A DNA stretch of 64,000 bases, from positions 13,180,327 through 13,244,326 of the forward strand of contig CM082582.2 of NCBI GenBank assembly GCA_040954595.2, in the 5' to 3' direction. Each line of letters begins with the position of its first letter. Positions within the stretch are counted from its first letter, which is position 1. The notes under the pieces were generated by a model. The model was not told where the DNA came from. It was given only the letters and a program-made list of their open reading frames with translations, and made no database searches. Shown piece by piece: positions 39,304-57,386 of this stretch. Source of the DNA: Balanoglossus misakiensis (taxonomy: Eukaryota > Animalia > Hemichordata). The translations under genes and the position numbers were made by a program.

Positions 39304-42300
39304 ATGGCGTCTGCACATGATTTGAACAACCAGTCAGTCGAGATGCAAGTAAGAAATGTTTACATTTGTATATTATTTTTCATGCAAGATGTACACAATT
39401 CCCTTGTGTTAATGTCTCTTTACAAACGCATATGTTGGCACATCTATTTCAGTCACTGATGTTGTTATTTGGCAGGGTGAAGAACACGTGAGAATATCAC
39501 CACTGTGCAACGACGGTCAGATTCTTGAGTATTATTTCGATGATGCCAAGACGCCACCGGAAGCGTTTCGTCGTGGAGCAAGAGTTTCAAGTAAGCCTGA
39601 GACAACGCAATTTAAATAAATCATAAATCAGTAATCCTCTCTAACGCCATGCAGAACTCGACACAACAGAGTGCAAAAGCTCTGCGAAGGAAGGGAAAGT
39701 TTGCGAAGACACGCGATCTTAAACATCACAAATCACAGGGTTGCATCTCTGTCTTTCTGTAGATAATGGACCGTGTTTAGGTTGGAGACCAGGAGCGGGA
39801 GAACCTTATCAGTGGTTAACATATGAGCAGGTGAATCTTCATAATGATGGATGGAGGATGTCAATCAATCAATGAATAGATTGATAAATCGGCCAACCAA
39901 TCAATCAACCAACCAAGTACATGTAAACCACAGTTATAGGAACAAGGCATATCACATGCCACCTGTTCAAATTTTAGATGAACGTCATCCATATAGAAAT
40001 TAACATACGTATGCGTGTATTTATAATCTACACACAGGTACTTGAACGTAGTCAAAACTTCGGTGCTGGTCTAATTAAACTTGGCTATAAACACGGACAG
40101 TCTACGTTTGTTGGGATCTACTCACAGAATAGAACTGAGGTGAGAACATTGTTTCCAATAGCCAATATTCCGAGCAGTCAACATCGATGGAACTTCGTTA
40201 AACGGCGAAAAACATGCAAAAAGAAAACTCATAGATTACACTGTGGTTTATTGCAGTGGGTTCTAACCGATCAAGGGTGTTGTGTTTATTCAATGGTGAC
40301 CATACCACTCTATGATACTCTTGGACCAGATGCTGTTACATTCATTATCAACCAAGGTATTTATTCATTTATCAAGTTATCGATCTGGTATATTTAAATA
40401 TGACTACAAATTGCCCAAGTTATGAGTCAATGTTTCATTTCTTGCGATCTTTTTTTAGTTGAGATGAAAGTTGTCATCTGTGACGTACAGGCGAAGGTTG
40501 AACTTTTGCTCGAGAAGGCTGACCGTACACCGACACTACAACATATTATTGTCATGGAAACAGTTTCCGATGAAATAAAAGAATCTGCGAGACAGTGTGG
40601 CATCGAAATCATTCCTTTTGAAGATGTAGAGGCGAGTCAATTTTTACTTTAAATAGTAAATGTTTGTGAGAAAACACGAATAGCGAATTCGAACATGTAT
40701 GTACATGTATATAGGGACTTACTTGACAATTTCATACCATTGCAGGCAATGGGACGAATCGAGCCACAGGAACCAGTAGTAAGTGACATTGAAATTATTT
40801 GTCTTCCTGTATTATATAATTTTCGATTCCAAGCATTACATCTTTTGCCATTTGATTGTTCATTACACAGAGGAAGATGGTTTGCAATCCTTCGGTAATT
40901 CTTCAATATTTATCTTTATGTAGATGCCGAGCCCAGATGACCTGTTCACGATTTGCTACACCAGTGGAACAACAGGTAAATACTTGCTGGTTATCGATAT
41001 TGTTATTTGGCTATTTTTTGCTCGACGAAGATTTAACTCGTGTATTTTCATTATGTTGTTTAGGTGATCCGAAGGGTGCAATGATTAGCCACGGTAATAT
41101 CGTCGCTGGTATGTCAGGATGCTGCGCTCACATCAAAGTAAGTCTATACCAAGTGCTGGAGGGACTGATTTCTATCGTTGATTGGTGCGGGGGTCTGAGA
41201 AATCAAACAATTTACTTGTACGAAAGAGGAAGGAAGGGGTTTCCTTTGTTTCACTTTAATAATGCAAAACTGATTTACAGGGGTTTGGTGACCTTACGGC
41301 TGAAGATTGCATGATCTCATATCTTCCCTTGGCACACATGTATGAAAGAAGTTGTCAGGTATGTTCTACTCTAGTGTGGAGATCCTCTCGTTGATATGGT
41401 ACAACAGCAAGTTGTAACTGTGGTTGTGATTGCTCTGCGAAACGATGTTTCAACCGATTCTTTGTTTCATCCGTCGTTCATTGTAATGCATCGGAATTTT
41501 TACCGAGTGACAGAGACTGACATGTGAAGGTTTCTCTCTGTTTTTGTTTGGTAGTTATGGGTCTATATGCAGGGAGGGCGAATTGGTTTCTTCCGCGGTA
41601 ATATACGGGAATTGATGGACGACATTAAAGAATTAAAACCCACATTATTCCCTGTGGTACCAAGAGTTTTGAATAGAATCTACGATAAGGTGAGAAAATT
41701 AGCATAACATCTGTGCTGTATCGATCATGCAAATGAAAGATGCGTGCACATGTTGTTGTCTGTGGTTCTACCGAATTCTTACAACAGATGGCAAACCAAC
41801 AATTTTAAATGTCAAAGAAGATATGACAAAATAGCATTGTGTGTTTCAGGACCCACTTTGACACCATCTGTTACCGTTTCAGGTGATTGCACAAGTTAGT
41901 AGTAGCTGTCTGAAAAAGCTCGTATTCAATTTAGCCATGAGAAAGAAACGCGCCCTAATCAAGAGGTAAGGTCTAGCACATGGTGAATTTACTGAAACAA
42001 AGAAAACAAACAACCAGAAGTAGAAAAGTGAAGATGACACTACTATTTTTAGGTGAAGAGACAATAAAACATTTGTGAAATCCGATCTCTTGATGACACC
42101 CATAAATTATTTTTGCAGAGGAATCATTACAAACAATACAATTTGGGATCGTCTGGTATTTGGCAAAGTACAGGTTAGTTAATATAAGTTTCCTTTCCCA
42201 TTGAAGTTCTTCCCCAATCAATTAAAATAAATAAAAAATCGGGGTCGATATTGAGCGTTTATTTTCCTTTTTCTCAATCACTTGTAGGCGATGTTAGGTG

Positions 42301-44000
42301 GTCGAGTGAGGCAGTTCTGTAGCTGTGGTGCTCCTATGTCAGAACGAGTTTTGCAGTTTGCCCGATGCGCCCTTGGATGCTATGTGAGTACCATGTGTTT
42401 ACAGTCGATGCAATAAATGATCAGAACAAGGCGATCTCTGATACGAACTTGGCGATTTCAGATTGATGAAGAATTGCTTATAGATGGATCTGAATTATAC
42501 TCATGGTTGTATAATATCTCTCTCAGGTTTACGATTGTTATGGTCAAACTGAAAGCTCCTGTCCCGCGACCATGACCTTGCCGAGAGAAAATAAAACCGG
42601 ACGCTGTGGTCCTCCTATCCCATCATGCTCTATAAAACTTGTTGATGTCCCGGATATGGAATATTTCGTCGAGAATCAACAAGGAGAGGTAATTATGAAA
42701 TTACAAGTTCTTCGCTTTAAGATGATGGCCATCGGTGGCAGCAGGGACCCTTGAATTTCATCTGGCTTTACTCTTGTCTTTGCCTCGTTCAGGTCTGCCT
42801 GAAAGGTCCAAGTGTTTTCAAAGGTTACTTCAATGACCCGGACAAGACATCGGATACCTTGGACCAAGATGGCTGGCTTCACTCGGGAGACATCGGACAG
42901 TGGCTTTCGGTAAGAGATCACGCCGAAGATGACGTCACATTGTCTTTAAGAACTGCAGCTATTCTGTTTGCTTTCTCGAGAAACTTGAATGCATGACCAT
43001 CGATGTTCACGAAAATATCAGTATTACATCTGCACAACCCCCTTGTTATCTATTTCAGGATGGATCTTTAAAAATTATTGACAGGAAGAAACACATCTTC
43101 AAGCTTGACCAGGTGAGGTGAAAGTCTTACGAAGTTTTCTAATTGAACTTTTAAAAATTATCCAAGGGGGAAATTGTAAATTGACCATGTACCAATTATT
43201 TGACAGGGAGAGTACATTGCCCCCGAGAAGATTGAGAATGTCTACACCAGAAGTCAGTTTATCGCTCAGATATTTGTTCATGGGGATAGCTTACAGGTAA
43301 ATATAGTTTCCATACTGAATATCACTTTCCATTTGAAATAAGAGACAACATTGAAGCTATTTATACCGAATATATATAAATAGGTAACACTACTTTATAC
43401 TTTTCATTATGTTATCTATTACTTTAGCGATACCTTGTTGCTGTTGTAACACCTGACCCAGACAACCTTCGTAACTGGGCCAGATCAAAAGGATTGACGG
43501 GAAGTATAGATGACCTCTGTGGGAACAAGGTACTAGAACGATTTGAAGAGTTTTATACCGCTTCAACCAGTCGAGTCCCTCTTATTCCATATTACCGAAA
43601 GTAAGAATGTTGTCGTTTTGATCCATATATTCGAAAATATTGACAAGATTAACATTCGTGAACTGATCGCTTTTCAGGTTGCCAAAGACGCCATTTTGAA
43701 GGATCTCGTTCATCTTGGCAAGACGTCTGGGCTGAAAGGTTTTGAACAGGTGAGCTCTTGTTGCCAATGTTTCTTCCAGCTTCCCCTGTCAGGGAAGCAT
43801 TTATACACTGTGTCGATTTTATCTGACGATTTCTGTGCCTTTTGACTTTGCAGGTGAAGGATATCTATATCTCATCTGAACAATTCAGTGTGGAAAACGG
43901 CCTGATGACGCCTACATTCAAGATAAAAAGACTTGAATTACGCAGGCGCTTTGAACAGAAGATAGAAGAAATGTATAACGACTTGAACTGCATGAAGTAA
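39304..44000 (+). CDS. Long-chain-fatty-acid--CoA ligase, ACSL1/5/6 type, 21 coding exons
   Basis: Exons 39304-39348, 39476-39590, 39763-39830, 40038-40139, 40257-40356, 40459-40631, 40746-40778, 40924-40975, 41064-41137, 41281-41358, 41555-41689, 41883-41965, 42119-42173, 42288-42383, 42527-42688, 42793-42909, 43059-43112, 43207-43296, 43428-43529, 43678-43749, 43854-44000. Motifs PLYDTLG, YTSGTTGDPKG, SYLPLAHMYE, YGQTE, GWLHSGDIG, IIDRKKHIFKL.QGEYIAPEKIEN, FSVENGLMTPTFK. Confidence 0.95.
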
Positions 44001-44918
44001 ACAGCAAGTACATTGTAATCTGTATTTGCATACAGGTGTCCCACCCGCTGAAACATCTTGATCACGCAATTGAGATTCCAATAGGAACATTGGATGTTGT
44101 TTGTGTCAGTGCAATATTTCCATATCTACGCTTGGTGTCATAGGGCCTATTCCGTCTAAAATGTAAAGAAATCTTGTTAGGTCTGTCGTATCTGGCATCA
44201 CGTTTGGTGAATTGCTGGAGTCAGAAAGGTGTTGTTATTGGCGAATTTGTTGAGGCATCTTGTCAGTGTCAAAGCATGTCGTCACTATAAACTATGCAGC
44301 CTATGAAAATTATGTTTTGTGCATGCCCTTCAAAAAGGTAGTAGGTAGGAAGTTTTTTTATTTTTTACTTTTTTTATATAGTAACCATTTTTGACTACGT
44401 TACGTTATTTAAATTCCAACATTTTACTGAAGTTCATCATGGGACTTAATTTCAAGTGGAGAAAAAAGTTAAGGATCTGGGATTTGAACTAGGTGCAGGT
44501 CAAGTTAAATCTTAGGATGTAAAATATTGGCTATACACATATCGCCCTTTCGCAAGCTTAGCATCAAAATTTGATTTTTAGTGTGTAGGCCTAATGTTTA
44601 CCTCTCTTATACCATAATTTTGAAATGCAGGTGTTTCATTGTACTGCTAAATGTAAATATTTGGGATGGTGTGGCCTATTTCACGGTGAAGGCTTTCTCT
44701 GAATAAAATTATTGGCCTCAAGTCTCTTTGATATCTCGTTTATTTAATGACAAAGGAACGGTAACAAAGGATAAACATCTCTGAAAACTTATAAAATACA
44801 ACAAGACTATACTTGTAATACATGTTCAGTGGAACATTTGAACAGAGTAGTAGAGAAAAAAATACTTTTCAAAAAATCATATATAGGCGTTTTGCAATTT
44901 AGAAGCTGTTCATTGTAG

Positions 44919-52043
<7,125 letters not shown>

Positions 52044-52136
52044 CAGGGGTCATTAGATCATGAACATTGACTTCACCAGTGTAGAGAATGGCTGGGAACT
52101 AGAAGAAAATATGCAGTCAGTGAGAAAACAGTTATC

Positions 52137-52834
52137 TCACATTTCGAAAGCTATTAACACGATGCTGCGAATTCGAACGGGTTTTACATCGGCTTTGCTT
52201 CTCAACCAAACGGTGTAATTGTTATCAAACGTCGGTGAAGTTGTTCGAGATCCCACAGAGGTTTTGCAACATAAGTGCGTCATGTTTATCTCCAGTTCCA
52301 CACACGTTGTAAAGTTCAAGAACAAAGACACACAAAACGGCGCTCCATACAAGATGGGCTTTAGTTCATCTTCAATCTTCATCACTGCAAAAACCTCACC
52401 TGCACGATTCCATCTTAACAGAGCCCCGTACAATGGTCGATTTTTCTTTGCTCTCTTCTCTGACTTGGGGTCGTCTCTCTCCTCGCAACCCAGCGCCGTG
52501 AATGCCTCTTCACGGAAGTCCAGTATCAGCAGTACTGAATACTTACGCATGTGCAGAAATTTACAAAGCCTTGTTTGCTCTTGATACAGATTGTGTATGT
52601 AAACAGATATATTTACTTCAATGTCAATACCTGGTGGTAGTCCACGCGGACAACAATCCCGGAGAGAACCGAAAAATTGTTGCATTGTCCGTATTGAGTT
52701 TGTTGAGTGCAATTACACAATGATGCAAAACATCTTACACATTGTGGAAAATGAGGTCTTGGATATCGTCACCAGTCATCCCAGCGAATCTGAGTACACC
52801 GTGGATGGTGATATGCTGGTTCGATATTCGTGGC
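52137..52834 (-). pseudogene. Possible disrupted or unresolved small gene with death-domain-like segments
   Basis: 191-codon open frame 52712-52137 plus an upstream segment in another frame (GVLRFAGMTGDDIQDLIFHNV*DVLHHCVIALNK). The resemblance to death domains is by eye only. Confidence 0.25.
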
Positions 52835-53049
52835 TGTAGGCGCCTATACTGACCACAGACAGATCAGCTTACCAACATTCCAAGCACATGTAGTTCCCCT
52901 GAACATAATTGGGAATAAGTGTGGTGTACTATCAATTGTGGCCATTAAAAAGAGTAGACTATCTTTCGGACGTTCCTGGATAAAATGGTTTTGATTTGAT
53001 TCAGATATACGCCTATGTCTATGAAAACTTTCATCAATTTATCGAGGCC

Positions 53050-53600
53050 AGTCAAATAAACCCGCCAAGTGTCACGTGGACGTTTAAAGAGCGCATAGGC
53101 TATAATCAAGGATTCTGTTGAATTATTAATGTGAGATTCAGGGAATGGGTCATGTCTTTTCCCCCTATGACGATCATGGTATGATCCAAGGTTTTACATC
53201 GATTTTCTGTTAAAACGCACATGTGTTTCGTTTCCTTTGTTAATATGCTCTTTGTCTTCAGTAAGGGGCAGTTCCCTAGGAAACGTGACGTAGTAAAAGC
53301 GATGGCGGACAATATGCGCCATTTATAAATGTCAACAATAGAGAAAGGAATATGACACAAAAATAACGACACGGGCAGGCGAATATCAGAGCGAGGCCAC
53401 TTTCCCGCAGTGACGAGAAAACGTCGATACAGTAGCATGCGTCCGACTTTTCTCAATTGTGTTCATTATTAGGTTTGATGATGTCATTCAAAATGGCGGC
53501 CATTGCAGCGGGATAAGATTACCGAGAAAACACTTTCGCTTTGGAAACGAAGATGTCGTCAGGTGTTTAATTCTATTTACCAATATCAAAATTTTCGAAG
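53050..53600. promoter_or_regulatory. CpG-rich promoter region between the divergent EGF and mucin-like genes
   Basis: YY1-type AAAATGGCGGC at 53490-53500, E-box CACGTG at 53073-53078, locally high CpG density. Confidence 0.45.
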
Positions 53601-56600
53601 ATGACAACCGGCGCAGGAATATTTGTTCTTGCTCTGTTGGTGCTGAGGCTCTCGACCTGTTTAGGTAAGCATAGTAAAAAAGCTTATCTCAGAAATGTTG
53701 TGATCTCGCGATCGTCGTTTTGACAGAATTCTCGCAACACTAAAATGTCGCGATTGTGATGCCGGCATTCGAGTGTCGTATAAGCTTAACATTAACAGTT
53801 TTATGATGTAGAAATGTTCAGAATTTAACGGATAATATAACCAGGCATAAAACCTTAGAGTATATCATGAATTTGAACAATGGGATTACAAGAAAAACGA
53901 AGAAAATCGCACAGGTTTTCATCCTATTACGTCGTCAGTGCCAGGATTAATCGTGAATTTAATATTAATGTGTTTATTTTATTTTACGCCAATCCATTTA
54001 ATTTCGCGCAAATAATTTCATTTCACGCAATTTGTTTTCCAAGCGACCACACAGAATAGCACTGCGTTTTTTTGTTGATTTGGAGATTAGTTCATTGATC
54101 TTCTCTGATGAAAAGGAAGCATGTAAAAGGAGATTTGCGAAGCAGGTTTATTCCATTCTTTGAACGGGAAACAGGAAAGGCGTGGAAACCGAGTGGTGTT
54201 TTATGATAACGCCACTCCAGGAATCGCCATGTTATTCTTCCAAAGCTCAAATAAAACGAACAAGCACTTTCCGACCCAAATTTCAATTTTCTGTGAAAAG
54301 AAATGTCGAATAAACCGTACATGAATGAGTCGGCCAATTTAAACGTAATGAAGGCATTTTGCGGGAGATTATCTCACCCTTTTATTTGACTCATTCGCCG
54401 CGCGACACAGTCAAGTTGTTCATTTACGGGTATACTTCTGTCGTTGTTAATAATAATACATGTAATAATAGTATGTCGTTGATAATAACAGTACTGTGAA
54501 ATGAATATTTTCCATTGTTGCAGGGGCTACGACATTTCAAAATGTGACGGTCGGGCCTACGTCAAACGTTGTCACGGCAACGAGTAGCAAACCGCGAAGC
54601 ACAAATATTACATCTCCGAGTGCCGTTGTGAGGAATTCTTCAACCGCGCAAAACAGTGAAAATATATCCACTTCACCGCAGTCTAATAGAGACTTTCAGA
54701 ACGGTACGTTTATCGAAGCAACGACGATATCCCCAGGTAACGTTACAGCGATGTACAACGTGACGTCACCACCATCAAAATTACCGTCGTTGATGACGAT
54801 GGTGAAAACAACAGCTACGACAACATTTAGGCCTACAACTGGGGCACCATTGTTAACAACACAAACAAATAAGATTGAAAAAACAACGTCCATAAACAGT
54901 TCTGACACAAACCAGACAAGCACCGAGCGGCCGATTTCCACCAAAAGTCTGAATAATACCTTGAGTACGACAGCTCGATCATTGCAACCCGTAGTAAACA
55001 CTCCATCCCCAAGCATAACTGCCAACTCTTCATCTCCATCAACGATGGCGATGGTCAGTACTAAATTCTCAGAAGTCACAGGGGAACCGTCCGCATCACC
55101 GTCAAATCCATCCCCTCAGCCCGTATTTCCGTCAGTTCCGAGTACCATTCCCGATTCCGACCAACCACACCAAACCTCTCCATCGGAACAAACAACAACA
55201 GCACAAGCACCCATGCAAACATCAACAGAAAATTCTTCAAAAACGGCTACTACCATAACACCGACGAAATCTTCTCCCATGGGCCAGAGTACAGAAATGA
55301 CAACAGTGATAGCGGAGAGTGTCTCTACATCTCAACCCGCATCTTCAAAAATACCAACTCGGACAGAAACGACAACGATTAAAACTTCGCCAATGTATCT
55401 CCCGACGTCCAAATCTCTACCTTCTTCACCACAACCTGGTACAAGTCGGGAAATTTCCACGATTGCAACATCTACAGTGAAAGGATCAACAACCGAACCT
55501 ACATCTCCAATATTACTGCCTCATACTACTCCGAAAGGCACGACTGTTGTCACGTCGCCGATGCGTTCGTCTACCGCAAAATTATTGTCAACTACACTAC
55601 AACCTAGAACAAGCCGAAAAATCACGGCGGCCGTCACAACGCAAAGAACAACAAGAAAACCAGTTAGTCAGACCACGCAAAAAGATGACATAGAAAGTAA
55701 GAATGATATATCATGTCTCATTTCGTTGCTTAAAAATTACGAAATTCACGTTCTCTTGCAATTAGGCTATTCCTTTAAAAGTGTACAACATATATTTTCA
55801 AAAATATGTACAGAAAATGTTGGCACTATAATTTGTTTCTTCCATCACTCCATTTGTCTTTCAGTTGACATAAAGCGAGTATTTATAACGGGTCAGACAT
55901 GGACCGGAGTTTACTTCTTCGATAATGATGAATTTCCTTTCTACATGGAAATACTCGGTAACGATGCTGACGCTGTGATAACAGCACGCATCAACGATGG
56001 TCGAGTTCGAATAACGATGTCAGGTGGGTGAAAAACATTTTGAGCTTTGTGTCGAACTTAGCTGACTTTATATCTGCTGTGTCAAACTTCAGTCCTACAA
56101 GTTTGACGAGAGTTGTCTGGCTGTGGCTGCACCGCCTCCATCATACCACTTGTGATTGGTCAATTACGCTCTGCACATCTGGGAACAGGTGTGCAACGTG
56201 GAGGCGCCAGACAATTTACCGGCAGTTGACCTTATAATGTTTGTCCGATTTGCTTTGACTTTTATTCTCAAAAGTGCTTCTTTCACCTGTTTCCTTTTTC
56301 CTACTTGACCAAAACCCACTCTCAGTGGCTGGCCAGGTCAGTGACCATGTCGGTAATTGGCCAGAGTCGGCCTGATTGTAACACTGGATCGTCTTCTTTG
56401 GCAGGTCAATACGAAGAGACGTCTTCGAGTCTAACTTTGTATGCACAGCAAGTCCATTCTGACTACCCGGAGCCGAGATTCAACAAAGAGGATTGGTCGA
56501 TGCTTGGAACTGTCAGTGTCAATCACCCGGGCTACTTGTTCTCCGGTCACATGACAGGCCAGGGGTTCGGCAACTTTCATACCCAACCAGGTATGGAGTT

Positions 56601-57386
56601 TTTGAAGGTTTACAATTTTCTCGGTAACATTAACCACTTTGGCAAAATTATAGTAAACAATGCATGGTGTTTATACGATACAACTAGAATATTGACAACG
56701 GCTATCGAATTTGAAAAACGCACTTTTGAAGGGTCCGTTTTATTCACTTTTAGGAGAACCCGATAAAGATGTTGATGATTCGATCCAACCGACAATGGAA
56801 GCCATCAAAATACATAACCAATTACCAGTCAGTGTTTATATTGTGATTGGTGTCTTGGTGCCTGTTGTCATAGTGATGTGCATTCTTACAGGCATGTACT
56901 TTTACAGAGCAAAGTAAGTCCTGGTTGAATACCTTTATTCCCTGAGATATTCCGTGGAAGTACTCAAGTAGCTGTTAGGCTTAGTGATCATAGTTTCAAG
57001 GAGAATGAATCAGCTACCTGGTCCATCATGAATGAAGTCACTTAAAAGTCTCATTTCTCTGAACTTTTGATTTTGTTTTATCATTTCTTGACAGAAGGAG
57101 GGGCAGTTTCCATTTACACACCAGTCTGTTGTCCTTCAGTAACCCTCTCTATGATGGAGACGTGGTGAGTTCTTGTTATTCTTTATCTAAGATGCTAGTT
57201 AGATGATAAATGGAAGTACATGTAATTCTTTTTCATTTACAAGCCATCTTCTATTCAAAACCTTTTTATGGATACTCAATCACCATATTAGAAATTCTGC
57301 TTTATCATAATAACCTTTGGTTTTCCTCTTTTTTTTCTTTTACTCTCTTTGTGCAGCACAGCGGTCTCAACACTGGTCCACTATAG
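53601..57386 (+). CDS. Uncharacterised mucin-like type I membrane protein with cytoplasmic FSNPLY motif, 7 exons
   Basis: Exons 53601-53664 (signal peptide MTTGAGIFVLALLVLRLSTCLG), 54524-55696 (Ser/Thr/Pro-rich, ~390 aa), 55865-56023, 56405-56590, 56754-56913 (TM VYIVIGVLVPVVIVMCILTGMYFY), 57095-57164 (KRRGSFHLHTSLLSFSNPLYDGDV), 57357-57386; all in frame with GT-AG. Confidence 0.85.

Noticed and set aside
41138-41554. Possible second mutually exclusive gate exon as in vertebrate ACSL1/ACSL6
   Set aside because: No second LPLAH-encoding segment in either flanking intron.
44480-44495. Pol III B-box-like GTTCAAATCCC on the minus strand
   Set aside because: No A box or cloverleaf; insufficient for a tRNA or SINE call.
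53680-54510. CpG-rich fragments (TTTAATTTCGCG, TACTGTGAAAT) resembling MITE remnants in mucin gene intron 1
   Set aside because: No matching pair of termini or target-site duplication could be defined.
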